The notes beneath the pieces were generated by a model. That model worked only from the letters and a program-made list of their open reading frames with translations, was not told the DNA's origin and did not search any database. From NCBI GenBank assembly GCA_036172245.1, contig JAYWIR010000011.1:62001-126000 (forward strand): DNA of 64,000 bases, given 5' to 3'. Within the stretch, counting starts at the first letter, position 1. Each line of letters opens with the position of its first letter. Of the stretch, positions 12,371 through 25,000 are shown piece after piece. Both the position numbers and the translations under genes were made by a program. Source of the stretch: Raillietiella orientalis (taxonomy: Eukaryota).

Positions 12371-15300
12371 CCCCAGGGAGATGCATACTCACTGTGCTCC
12401 ATCACATTTGGAAGCTCTTTTTTTCCTCCAATAAAATTCCATTTTTGGAAACTGATGCGGGTAGTCATATGCAAACTCATATTCACACAGTCTACGAATA
12501 ATCACGAAGGATGTGGTTGAAAATGGCCCGTTAAGCTCATCCTACTTTTCAGAGAGAAAGTTCCTTTTTGAATATTCTGATATTTAAAATTAGGGTGCTA
12601 ACATTGGCATGTGCACCAGAGAGACTGAATAAGTAGCTCGCATCTGGAGTCCTAACTGCCGCAAACATCTGTCATACAGAACATAACTCAGTTTCAAAGT
12701 ATCTAAGTGTCATTTTAATGTATTGATTATTCCGTGATGGAAGTCGTCCTATTTTTCGTAGCATGTATGTAACTGCTTGGTTCTGCATTGCTGCAGCACA
12801 GTTTCTCAGACTGTTGTCACTTCCTGCTGACATGTAATAACTTTGTTCTCCTCAGCATACTTTTGAATCTCATGTTTTGGATCTCTCTCTAATCGGTTTT
12901 ATCAAATTGTTTAAAGGTTAATATTGCCACTGAATCATGAAATACGTTTACTCTCTCTATATATATAGTTTTGTATTTTTACATTACTAGTTCCTCAAAG
13001 GTGTATTCAGTGCTTGCAGAGACACACCCTCAATACTGTTGCAACATTTAGTTTAATCTGATTGTTTTTTAAATGAGGTTTGTGCCCACATTGATTGCAT
13101 GTTTGCTCCATAGGGAGTAATAATTAGGTGTATTGTGTGAATGTATGCACTTTTCTGGAAAAGCCTTTGTTATGGCTTGCAGATGGATGAAGAAGCCTTT
13201 TCCGTTTAAGTTTTCTTTTCGTTTCCAGGTGTTCATTCACTTGTTGATGGGCATTCCAGAAGTTGGTGTAGTTCTATTGATGAGTCTTTATTGAATACCG
13301 ACCAGTCAATCAAACGAAGGTATTTAGGTTTTAATATGGTGTGCAATCATGTTCATGTATTTTTGTATGTTTTACAGCACCAGTTTCAATAATTTAAATC
13401 CAGAAGACGAAGGCTTTTCATCTGAAGGGCCGAGTTCTGTAAGTGTTCACGTTGAATAATGAAAAACTTCATGCACCTAAGTACAAATGTGTTCTTTTTT
13501 TCACAAAGCAACTTGGTGAGGTTCTACTCTAGTTTCATTCACATTATTATTGTGGTGTATCTAAATCTGTCTTCTGTTCCTCTGCCTGTGGCTGCTTAAT
13601 CTCAATGATAGGGTGGGAAATTCTTCAGATTTGATGCTAAAATAATGGACTTTTTGTTTGGTGAGAAATTGTTTTCTTTAATAATCCTCGTTATAATTTT
13701 TTTTCACGTGTGTAAATTGTTAATTAATGACATTTAACAGTTATCTTATTGCTGTGTTAAATTCAAATTTTCTTGACCTGATGATCTGTACACTTGAGTT
13801 TTTTTTTCTTTTTTCTTTTTACTCAAAGATATGCAAGAATGATCCTTTAGATGATGGGCAGAAGAATCTTGACAGTCTTTCAACTGACTTTTCTTTTGAA
13901 AATTGTTTTTCCACTGCATATCAAGATAGAGAACAACCTCTTAGGTAAGGTTTCTGTTTGTCTTTAAGATTCCCTTCTTTCTTTTAATTTACATTCCAAG
14001 TAACTTCACATTTAGGATTTCCATATGAGGGTGATGGGGAAGACTCGATTCTTTCTGTGCCTTTATTTTTGCTTTCTCTCTCAGTGCCTTGGATGATGAC
14101 ACTGAAAGTGAGAGTGAAAAGGAGGATTTGGTCCATGGTGATCAGCGATATCCTAAGACCACACCAATTTCACATTATCACGACTTTGATGTTGCGTAAG
14201 TTGTTCCTGAAATTTTGCTTTCTTCGTTGGCATCATAATATTAAACGACATGGAATGTCGGAATTTTTTCACATGTTGGTCAGTTACGTTTTTTTTTTTT
14301 TTTTGTAGGGAAGATGCAGCTTTACATGTAAGCAGTCGAAAACGAACGAAAAAAGGAAATTCTTTTTTCCGGAAAACAAAAGTAGTGTCTACGATTTTTG
14401 CTGTTTTAATATAAAAATTTAATCTTAGTTTTTTCACGAAAAAGGTAAAGGAAGCAAAGGAATTAAATTTTCATCACAGCATGGTAGTTTTAAGCAAGAT
14501 GGAAATGCAAATATCACAATATTAAAGCAACTTCCAGGTTATATTGGATTAGGAACAGGATTTAACAAATCTGCCAGCAGTTCCTCGCCTTTGCCAGGTA
14601 ACATACCTGGATCTTTATATAAGTGAGTTCAATTTTTATCCCTGTGTGTGTGAGTGAGTGTGCACATTTAATTTGTGTGGCATGGCAGAGGTTATGGGTT
14701 GCGGAGATTGGGGGGGGGGGGGGGGGGGAGGAATTAGGTTTTCTTTTAAATAACATGATGCGTCGCCCATTTTTTTCATTTAGTGTTGCTTTTTGCACAG
14801 GTTTTCATCCAGCGTCTTTCTTGATTTTTTTTTGGTGTTTATTATTCTTTTGTTTTCTCGAAAGCTTTTTCCAAAAAAAAAAAAAAAAAAAAATTTGGAT
14901 TCCATTGACTGTTTCCATCTCATTTTGCAATCATTAATGCAGCAAATTGGATTTTGCAATTGATGGGCATCCGATTGCGATTGAGATCTTAGCAGATGGC
15001 ACTGGTTTTGAGTATCCGAGTTACTTTGTGTTGTGCTTTCAGTAGTTTGATGCAGGAAGATGTGGGACTCGCTGTAGATGAACACGCTGTCAGGTATTTC
15101 AGATATTAACAACCACAAGGGCATCCCTATTGTGAATTCATTTTTAGCGTTACTGACTGCATTCCCTTGATAGCATCAAGCGTGTACTCCGGTAATGATG
15201 GCTATTTGCCGAATGCGTGCATATTTATCGTGTGTTTGTGTTCACAGACTTTAGTGCGGATTTGAGCATTTTCAAAGGCGACCCGGAACTTGGATTATTG

Positions 15301-18157
15301 GAAGAGGAACCAGAATCCTGGAGCCGAAAAGTGACTAAAGAGGTGTGCATAATGAGAGTTTTCAAGTGAGGCTTGCGTAGTGTCTCAGGAACATGAGCGA
15401 ACTGGATATCAAACGGCAGGAGCACATTTACGAGTTCATCATTACCGAGAAGCATCACTGCCTCACTTTGCAAGTGATGGCGAAGGTAAGCGTTTCGACA
15501 TCTCTCCGATGCGCTTTTTTTTTTTTACCCGTGTTCTGCCGCAGCTCTTTGCCGAGGGGCTCCGGAAACAATTGGGCTACGGAAGTGACCTCATAGACAG
15601 TTTGTTTCCTGGCCTTGAAGATCTCGTAAAGATTCATTTCGAGTTTCTGTTGAGATTGCGGACACGCCAGCGTCAGGCGCCCGTGGTCTCGACGATTAGT
15701 GACATCTTGCTGGAACGTTTCTCAGGATCATGTGGGGAGCAGATGCGTTCTTGCTACGGGCGATTCTGCAGTAGGCACAAAGATGCACTGGCGAAATACA
15801 AAGATCTGAGCAAGCAAGACCGTCGTTTGCTCAGCCTCGTGAGGCAGTGGAGTTTTCACCCGCTGTGCAAAAAGAAAGGCATCCCTGAATGCATCCTGTT
15901 TGTCACCCAACGCATCACCAAGTACCCGCTTCTCATAGAGCCGCTGATCAAGACCGCACGTGCACTGTCAAATGAGAAAGATACTTTGAACAGAGCGCTT
16001 TGTTTCGTAAAAGTTGGTGTTTCGCTGCCTGATTTTCGTAATACTGTCGTGATTGCCAGATGATTCTAGTCAACGTGAACGCACAGGTAGCTGACAGAGA
16101 ACGGGAAGAGAGGCTGGAAGAGATCTATAACCGTTTGGATGGCAAGTCTTACACGTGGTACGAAAGCAAGAAGTTCAAGAAGACAGATCTGTTCGCTGTT
16201 AGTCGCCGTTTAAGGTGAGCCAAATTGCGCTGCTGCGCGCGATGGTTTAAAAAAAAAAAAAAAAAAAAAAAACCATTCATGCCATGCCATTCCAGATTTG
16301 AGGGCGTTGCCACTTTAGCGTCCCCACGATCAAAAGTTGGGGAGCTCATTGTTGTCATTCTCTCCGATATCATTTTCTTCTTGATCGACACCAACCAGAA
16401 ATACGTTTTCTTTACTCCGGAACACAAGTCTGGGGTCATCCCCCTTCGACGCGTGCTGCTTCGAGAAAAGGCTGGCTCGGAGCTTCCGACCTTTTATTTG
16501 ATTGCCACAGGAAGGCAAGAAATGTACGAGCTCACTTGCGTGACCCCGAAAGAACGCAAGGTCTGGACAGACTGCATCAGGTGAGGTTTCTTCAATTCTT
16601 GCTGTGTCTCAACTGAACAGTTGCAGAGACGCCATAGCGATGGCCCCGATTCTTGACGACGACGAGGTGGCTCCCACCGGCACCGTGGAAACCAGGCAGA
16701 CGCAAGCCTTGAGTCAACTGATTGGTGAGCCCGGACCGGACTTGTCGTTCCTTAGCTCCTTTTTGTAGTGCAACTTCATGACCAGGATAGCATCTTGGCT
16801 GCTGTGTGCCGAGAAAAGGCGTTGGTCCTTTCCGCCATCTTGGAATCGCAAGGATACCCTCGCAGCGAGTTGGCGCGTTATTTGCCATCCGAACCCAGCT
16901 ACGTGAACATGGTCCCGGAGAGCTGGCAGGAAGCCCACATACAGTTTGCCCGGCTCATGCAGGAGACCAGTTGGATGATCCGTTACTTGACAACCTGTGA
17001 GGCCAAGCTGAACCGCAGCAGTAGCTCGGTGGGCGAGAAGAAAAGCGGAAGTTTCGAGTCTGTCATCCTCCCCCGTCGTGCAGAAACGTTCAGTGGGTTC
17101 GACCACGGTCCTAAAAGGAATTCTCTTCCTCTGTCGTCCGTGCAAGATACAAACGTTCCTCCGCCCATCGTTTCGGCATCTTTCAGCCACAGCCTGAGCA
17201 ACACGTTGTGTTTTTTGTCACAGTACTTCACCACGCTGGAAAAGTTGGTACCGGCCTCTCGTGAGCGTTGCCGCATGTCTTTCCCGTAGGTTCGGACTCC
17301 GAACGATCGAGATGTGGAAGAACGACGGCCGCCTGCAGTATCAGCACAACCGGCAGCTGGAAGAGCTGCGAAATTTGCAAGACAAACTCACCATCGATCG
17401 GGAAAACTGGATCCGGGAGAGGGAAAGCCAAGCGGAAGAGATGCAGTGCAAGCAGACCAAGTTGCAGCATCTTCAGGAGCAGCTGCAGCGCCAGGAGCTG
17501 GACATTCAGCAGCAGCGGGAAACGCTGTATCGAAAGCTGGAAGCCCTCAAGAACCAGGGCATAGTCCTGTCGTCCAACTTGACGGTGGTGCCGGCACGAG
17601 ACGCCGCGGAAGGTGAGTGCCGTCGCTGCGGAGAAGCAGGTCGCAGCGCTCCAGTAGACGGCGCCGCATCCTGCGCTGCCACGGAAGCATCTCGCAGCTC
17701 GCTGATCAAGAAGCATTCGAATCTCAGCAGCGTGTCCAAGCGGACGGACACCTTGCCGGTCCATCTAATAAGTGCGACCAATCAGAGTCGCGGATCGCAG
17801 GTGCAAGTCAAGCAACAGTTGCCAATGAAACTAGCCAAGGTTCCGCACAACGCCTTGTCCCCCGAAACGAGCCCCCAGAATCCATTAGCGAGTCCCGTGA
17901 ACAGCAACGAAGTCCAACAGCTCTTGCCTCTAAAATTGAGTGAATCGAGTTCCGAGAAAGGGACCATGAGCGCCAGAAGTCTCTTCAGCTACCACAAGCT
18001 CGGTTCCCATGGGTCCTCGTCCCTACCTCATCTTCAGATGGAGAGCAGCTCAGCTAGTCCCGCCAGAAACAGCACTTCGTCCTTGAAAACTCCTTCCGTA
18101 ACCCATTCGTCCAGTTTTGTTGACTCCGACGCCAACCAGAAGGTTGTGTTCATTTGA
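8140..18157 (+). CDS. ARHGEF18: Rho guanine nucleotide exchange factor of the ARHGEF18/p114RhoGEF/Drosophila Cysts family (DH-PH plus coiled coil); multi-exon, 5' start not located
   Basis: Hand-spliced, phase-compatible GT-AG exons: 8140-8337 (DSSDEDIIVD..; less certain), 13229-13319, 13378-13438, 13829-13944, 14085-14195, 14309-14381 (RKRTKKGNSFFRK), 14429-14597, 15248-15342 (DPELGLLEEEPESWS), 15381-15485 (KRQEHIYEFIITEKHH), 15545-16012 (DH: KKKGIPECILFVTQRITKYPLLIEPLIK), 16060-16214, 16296-16580 (PH), 16621 or 16627-16724, 16769-17243 (LPRRAETFSGFD family motif), 17290-18157 (coiled coil QLEELRNLQDKL.., ends KVVFI*). Exons from 15248 on are high confidence; upstream exons are moderate. Confidence 0.88.
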
Positions 18158-18237
18158 ACCTGCTCTCTCCCGCATCCGCCCCCTTTTCGTCGGGTTCGCC
18201 CGAGGGCCCCGTCCGATCCCTGCCACGGGACTTGCGT

Positions 18238-18239
<2 letters not shown>

Positions 18240-18283
<44 letters not shown>
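18240..18283. repeat. (TG)n microsatellite in the RhoGEF 3' region
   Basis: Directly visible TG run of about 21 units. Confidence 0.95.
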
Positions 18284-18286
<3 letters not shown>

Positions 18287-18599
18287 CGTGCGCGCGTGTT
18301 TTTCTTTTCTGCCTTTTTACGTGTTTTCGTTCTCTCCCGAACGTGGTGTCCCCTGTGGTTTTTCCTGTGATACAAAAAACAGAATGGAACGCAGTAGGCG
18401 AACAGACTCACAAGTGTCGTGTTCCATCACGATTTGATATTATTATCAATATGATTATTATTATAATAATACAGATTTACCACTGTTTCATCATAAACTC
18501 ATATCATTGTGTTTGCTAATTCTTTCATGCTACTTGGCGGTGGTGCTTTCTTCCCTCCCTCCCCCCACCCCCCCTGTGTCCCATTTCAGGCTTCCTGCT

Positions 18600-21500
18600 C
18601 CCGATGCACGTCGGGCGGTCTTCGTTTTCTTCAACCCGACGTCGTCGGTCGCGGCGTCGCATTCGCGTGTTGTTAGCGGCGTTTTTTTCGTGTGCGCGCG
18701 TAGTGTCCCTCTGTGCTCGTTTGAACCGGCGCCGTGTGTGCCCTGCTTATTTCGCGGGCCCGGCGCTCGCTCGGCAGCCTCCGTCCCTCTTCGAAAAACG
18801 GCGCGGTTCTCACCACGGAAGCTTCCTCGTTCTTTCGATCCCTCCCGCCCCGAAACGCGAAGCACCTTGCTGATTGGGGGGAAGGGGGGGGCGCGCCTCC
18901 TGCCGAGGTCCGACTTCCGGACCCAAGATGTGCCGAAAGAACCGCAACGAAGAGCGAAAGCTTCCCCTCTCGCGTGTCGTTCCAGATGGCGCTGGCGATC
19001 TTGTGGCGACCTGCGGCAGCCCCGACCTCCTCCCTCCCGGACACGTGCCGCCGTTGTCGTTCGAGGCCGACTTCACCATCGTTGCGGGGGAGCTGCCGGA
19101 GGTCGTCCTTCACTCCTGATCTCGTGCGACCATTCCCTCGCTCCCACCTTGACCCCCTTGCCGCCCTGCTCTCCCTCGGCACGCTGAAGTCCAGACGCGA
19201 GTCTTCTCGTACAGGTTGACGCTCTCGCCCTAGGCGTGCAGTCCGCGCGCTTTCCGATTCTGGAGGATGCAGCAGGGCCGGTTGCTGCTGCCGCCCTACA
19301 CTTCCTCCTCCCCCCTCCTCCTCCACTCGTTGTTTTCTTCCCCTGTTTCTGTCGTCGTGACCAGAGTGCAGACTCATCAGCCCAAGGCGCTTGTGTCCCT
19401 GTGTTTCCTTGGGGATCCACTGAATTTCCGCTCCGCCTCGCTCGCGAGTGCAGCCGCCCGTCGCCGCTGGCCTCACCGGTCGGGCGTCTCCGCCCGTGTC
19501 CCAGGGTTCCTTCCTGCAGGGGGTGCCTGCCCGCATGACATCAGATCTGGAGCATAGCGTTCGTACTTTCCGCCACCACGAGACCAAGGGGATTGCGTTC
19601 CTGCCTCCTCCCTCCCTCGCGTTCCTCGAGGGACCGCCTCGAAAAGAGAGTCTCCTCCCGAAGCCCGTGGAAAGGGCCCTGCGTCTCCTCGCTGCCACTC
19701 TTCAGCTCTCCATCCGCACGCGCAGCCGTGCTGAGCGGCGGCGTTTCAGCGCCGACCCCGTGGGGCGGCTCCTTCGACTACCCGCCTGGAATAAGAAGTG
19801 AAGATGGCGGTCAGGGAGGAGGAGCTTGCGGTTCGCCCACGCCTCTCAGGAGAGGGACGCCGACGGCTGCGGAGAGACGGCAGAGCCTCGGGGCCGCCAG
19901 TCGTGCTCTTTTTTCAGTTGTCGGGCTTCTTGAGACGGGGATCGGCTCAGGTCACGATCTCCCAGCGTCATTCCTGTAGGGATTCGTGTGCTGCCAACCG
20001 CTTGCCCGTTGTCTTCCGCAGCAGCGGGCATTGTCGGCTGCTGCGTCTGACCCTGCAGCCCTTCCTCACGGCCCTCTCCGTTTCCCAGCGAGCCGTGCCC
20101 TGGGGTCCTTCGCGGGTTGCCGTCCGTACGTTCCGGAAAGGAAACAAGAAAGGAAGTGACCAGCACGACCAGCACTTGGTCCCCAAGTGTCTTCTGCCTT
20201 TGAGTCGCGCCGGGCCGCCGAAGATGCAGGAAGAGAAAGGATAAGCGAAAGCAACTGCTTCCCCCTTCCCCCCTTCCCCTCTCTTGCGAGGAGAGGAGAA
20301 GGGGGGGGGGTCACTGTCTCTCCTCTCCCCGGTACCGAACTGGTCTGCCGCGGTTCGCAGTCGAGACCTCCGCGGTGGTGATCAAGGAGCGAAACGAAGG
20401 GCAACTCCGTCCTCAGAGGGGCCTTCCGGGTTGTCGGCGTCCCTGGGCGGAGAGACGACCGGCAGTGCCGCACCGCTCACCTCTTTAGGGCCTGCGCCTC
20501 GGCCCAGAGAGTTTCGAGGCTGCGTTCGAGGGACCTTCGGGCTCCGGAGGCGGTGCCAGGAGCGGATCGTCTCGTGTTCGCGCGGGCAGCGCCCTTTGGC
20601 CTCCGCTGCTCGAGTTTCCCGAGCAGCGGAGACCGCGCGAGGGAAGCTGCGACAGGGGGCTACTCCGTCGGTCGCCGCTGCGGGGCGGGGAAGGAAGTTG
20701 GCCCGCGACACTTTTCGTCCGGCTGCTGCAGCCTCCTTGGCAGCCCTGTGCTGCCTGTGCGGGTCTGTAGCAGTCCGGAGGGACTCAAGAGGAGGACCGT
20801 GGGACAGGAGTGACACGTCCGCTTTGCCGTCCGCTCCCTGAGGAAGGCAAGATGGCAGCAAGATGGCCCCACCTCAAGGACAGCATGCTGCAACAAGAGA
20901 GCCTGCCGGCATCCTCGAGAGGATGCAGAGGACCTTTCCCAGCAGGGCGTGACCCCTTCTTGCATCCTCCCCCCAGAGTTTGTTTTTTTTCTCTTTCCTT
21001 TTGCTCTCCCCCTCCCCTCTGCTGCCGGGGGCGAACCCCGCCGGCCTGCGTGTGCCGGCAACTCGGCAGGTTCCCTTAGAAGCGGACGTGGTTAGACCAC
21101 TGGTCCAACGACGCGGATTGTAGAGGATTGTTCTTTTTTGTGATAAAGCGAACGCCCTGGGGCACCCGGGTGATAATCCAGGGGGCAACTCCTCTCGTCC
21201 TCCTCTCCGGTGGGACCGGACGCAAGACCGTTAGCGTACCCGAGACGGCCCAACGGAGAGACCGTTTGAGGGAGGGTGGGACGGGGGAGGGGCATGTCCT
21301 CCTGTCGCGCGCTTCCTCGACGCGGTCCGAGGTGCGCAGCAGCGGCGACAGGTGCTGCCGGAAGGAACCCGCGACGGTTTCCATCATCGCCGTTGCCCAG
21401 AGTCCCCTTCTGTGCTCCGCGTAAGGATGGCGCACTGGACCTCCTTACGCGGAAGCGGATGGAGTGTCGTCTCCCCAAACCGGAAGAGAGGCCCTCGCGG

Positions 21501-22570
21501 AGAGATTGGACCGGACCACGCCTTCCTGGTGCGGGCCAGTGTGGATCCTCGCAAAGAGAGCAGCCGGCTGCGAGGGACTCGCGTGTGCCTCCTCGACGCT
21601 CGCGAGCGATGTCGGATACGTTGAGAATGTCAGCTGCCCTGGAGGGTCTCCCTGGTGGAGGAGGACACCTTGATCTCCTCCTGCCTCCCCGCCAACCGTG
21701 CTGCTGCCTTGCTCCAGGAGTGTGTCTTCGCCTGGGGAAAAGGTCCGCTGCGCGGGAGAGGCGGGGTGCGTCTGCCTGCAGCGAGGCCTCCACGTTGGCA
21801 AGTCGCTGTAGGGGGTCATGGGCGACCCACAGAAGATGCGGTGAGCCTCGTCCGCCCCCTTTGCCCCAGTGCTGCCCTCCCTAAGGGACGCAAGGGACAG
21901 TGGTGTCCTGGCGAGGTGGGAAATGACTTGCCGGCGCACGGCAGCCAAGAAGAAATCATCGGACGCGTTTACAACTCGGGAGGTAACGGACGCTGCGACC
22001 CCACGCGTCCCGCCGAAAGGACTTGTGCACCGGGGAGAGCTGCTCGACATCCTTCCGGAGGAGAAGTTGCCCCCAGCGTGCTGGAGCAGTGGCGCCCTCC
22101 CCTCAAGTGGAGGGAATCGACGTTGCTGTTGGCGCATGGGGGAATCCCGTGCAAAGAGCGCCTTCGCCACTGGACACGGAGGGTCGCTCAGTGCGGCAGG
22201 TGTGAGAAGAATTCCCGCTAGACAGTGCTGCCCTGACCCCTTCAGGATCTTCCTTGTGACGACGCTAGGATCTCCGGTGGGTGATCGGCCGCAAGGACAG
22301 TTTGGGACGCCTCTTCGTGCGCGCCACACTGCCACAGCCGCGTCCGCCGCAGTTCCCTGCTGTCTGCGTGGGACCAGGGCAGCCTGGAACGCGGGAAGGA
22401 GAGGCCGAAAAGGCAAAGATGTCATCCACCGGGCGCCGACCTTCCTGAAGTGCACCTCGAGATGGTCCCCGCCTGGGTGACACACGGACGGAACTTGCCA
22501 GCATCCTGGGCAGGATGCAGGGGAAGTCTGGAAGCGTACTGTGGTCCCCTCCTCGGTCTCTCACCCCTCA
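18600..22570 (+). mobile_element. Decayed GC-rich L1/Tx1-like LINE ORF2 (APE + RT + C-terminal region)
   Basis: Collinear degenerate motifs: FEADFT (GGDFN-like, about 19060), PLNFRSASL (WKLN.SLL-like), IRTRSRAE, GIGSGHDLPASF (SPG.DGLP.EF-like), KKGSDQHDQHLVPKCLL (KKGD..WRPISLL-like), GLRVP..LEADVV (YADD-like), CRLPKPEE, GTRAAWNA. The 3' part is homologous to the copy at 34060-35950. Boundaries are approximate. Confidence 0.55.
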
Positions 22571-22799
22571 CCGTGTATAACTCCCCTCTCCCCTGTTTTA
22601 TTATTTTATTTTATTTTTTTTTTAGTTTCCCATTTTCTCTTTCCCTTCGCTGCCGAAGCGGACCTCTCCGGTCTGCGGGCCACTCTTCGGTAGGTTCGTT
22701 GCACGTAGTTCTACCACATGCACTGCCATACAAATGTATTTCTATTACCTCATGTAATGAATGCCCCTGCATAACCAGGTGATGATCGTCCCAGTCCAG

Positions 22800-25000
22800 C
22801 GGTAATGATTCCCCCGGGAGTTGCTACCGACCTTTTAAAAAAAAGGAGGAGAGGAGGAAAAGGTGCAATAGGAGACAACAGTTGTACGTCGCCATTTTGG
22901 GAAGGGAACAAACTCTTTGAGTGGTCTTCAGAGACGACGAGAGGACCCCGCCGAAAAGCTTCGAGGTCAGTCACAACTCCTTTTCAGAAAAAGTTGTGCC
23001 ACGCTGCAAACACACGACCTCCGAACGTGTGCTCAGGGAGGCTGACTGTGGACCCTGACGACAAATCTGCAATTCAAAGTTCATGCGATGTGAATCGAAG
23101 GAGAGCTGTGCGAGCAAATCTGGACCAACAAGAGCTCAGATGCGAGTCTGATCGAACGCCATAGAGGAGCGCCTCTTTTCCTAACTGGAGCTCGTCAAAG
23201 AAACCGATGAGGGACCCCTCGAGAGATGCCACCAGGGGGAGAAAGCCGGATTTCTCCCCTGGAAGTGTCGCCCCTCACTCAAGGAGAGGCTTCGAAGCTG
23301 TTTCTCAGGGCGGAGAATTCTCCCCCCAGAGTAGATGGGATTACTCGCTCCGGATGGAGGATGATTGGTTTGGAAGCTGTCATCCCAACACTGATGTTCG
23401 ACCTGTTACCGAAATTGGGCCGGGTTCCGGAATGGTGGGAATGCATCCAGGCAGTCTTGATCCCGAAGGGCTTCTTCCTCATTAGAAGGGATTAGCAGTC
23501 GGAGGACAATTTCCATTGGCTTTGCACGAGATGCCTACGGACGGGATTGCGGAAAACGGGTCCTTGAAAACATGGTGCCCTGACCCCGGAAGAAGGGATT
23601 TCTATCCTTCGATGGAGGTCCCGACCAGAACTCTGTCTTAGAAACGCGACTGGATGCCTCACGGCGGCGACGATCTGAGGAATGGTTTGGAATGATTTCC
23701 GTTGACTTGACTGACGCGTCCAGAACCATCTCGCCCACCACGGTGGCGAGAACACTTAGCGGAAGCTGGAGTCAGGCTTCTTTCCCTCCAAATCGCTGAG
23801 GACTTCTGTCCCTACGGCGGAAAGTGTGTTCGACTGGAGTCCTCCGTAACGGGACCTTTGCACCACCTGTGCGGAGGAATAAAACGGGGGCGTCCCCCGC
23901 GTTCAATCAGCTCATCTCAACGTTGGAGCCGATCCTGCGGAGAGGATGAACCCCGCCGGCCTTGTGGTGCATAGCGATCACTTGGTCATCCTTGCAGACT
24001 GCGAATAGGATCGAAGAAATAGTGCCACGCCATTTTGAGGATCTTCCTGTTAGAGACTGGTTTAGCAGTTAATCCTCCCAGATACTCCTGTCTCTTCCAC
24101 TGTGGCAAGATTCCTCGAGGTTTGAGGCCAATGGACTGGCTGGCTGCACGTGCTGATTAAAGTCCCAGCGCCGATTCATCAGAGGTCCACAAGTACCTAG
24201 GAAGGACGTTTGGGATTCAAAACGACATCGCGTGTCTGCAGGAAAGCCACGAGGTAGGACACCACATGTGTCTGGAACACGAGCGGAGACTGGACATCCA
24301 GCTGTTCTTTTGCCCAAGTGGCAAGACGACAAAGGACAGGTAGGTGGTTGCGGAGAACGACATCCCCAACACCGTCCTGGAGTCCTTTTCAGAGTGAGAT
24401 GTCTGCACTATCGGACTTCGGAAACCTACACCTGCACCTAGTGGACGTGTATACGGACAGAGCAAAGCACCTATGGGCGGAATCCGTGGAGCAAGAGAAG
24501 GGGAGAAGGAGTGCGGAAACAGGGCGCGGGAACAGCCCAGTTCCAAGGATGGCGACTTTCTTGACACTGTCGTGGTCATCCATCCATCTCCACGCGCACC
24601 TGGACGCCGCTATGAGAAAACTGAGAAAAGCTGCAGCTCTTGGAAGAGGAACGACCGGCAGTGGCTCCTGTCTCTCAGTGGGGAGATCGGCAGCAATAGC
24701 AGAGTGGCAAAAGAGGATGTTCACGGACGGCAGTGCATAGCAGCGACCCAGTGTGCCGCTTGCACATCTTTGTGCGCGGCTCGTCTCGAGCACAAGCTGC
24801 GGGGGTGCCGCCTCTCGGCGACCACTCGCCTCCGATTCACTCTGCATCCACCGTTGCATCGAGATGAGAAGGAACCCAACCCAAGTCTCTTCAGCAAGAG
24901 CAACCCGCCTTTCTCCTCTTTGCTTCCGGGACCAATCCCACGTACCTGCAGTCGTGCAAGCTTCAGGCCATTCAGTTCTTGGATCCTTGCGTGGGCTGCA
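22800..25000 (+). mobile_element. Decayed non-LTR retrotransposon, RLE group (NeSL/Utopia/R2-like reverse transcriptase)
   Basis: Degenerate RT motifs occur in the expected order across frames: DPDDKSAIQSSCDVNRRRAVRANL (pre-RT), SPLTQGE..NSPPRVDGITRSGW..LGRVPEWWECIQAVLIPKG (RT0-1), KGFLSFDGG..LETRLDASRRRR..SVDLTDASRTIS (RT2-3), GGIKRGRP..EPILR (RT4), LVVHSDHLVILAD (decayed YADD box), HKYLG (about 24190). Boundaries are approximate. Confidence 0.75.

Noticed and set aside
15043..15093. Additional RhoGEF exon (SLMQEDVGLAVDEHAV, donor CAG|GTATTT)
   Set aside because: Phase 2-2, incompatible with the phase-1 neighbours in my gene model; it would need other exons I have not seen.
18500..22600. 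Many long overlapping ORFs (up to 346 aa) on both strands
   Set aside because: Arg/Pro/Gly/Ala-rich translations are expected from stop-poor GC-rich DNA. They show no domain coherence, and the underlying sequence looks like a decayed LINE.
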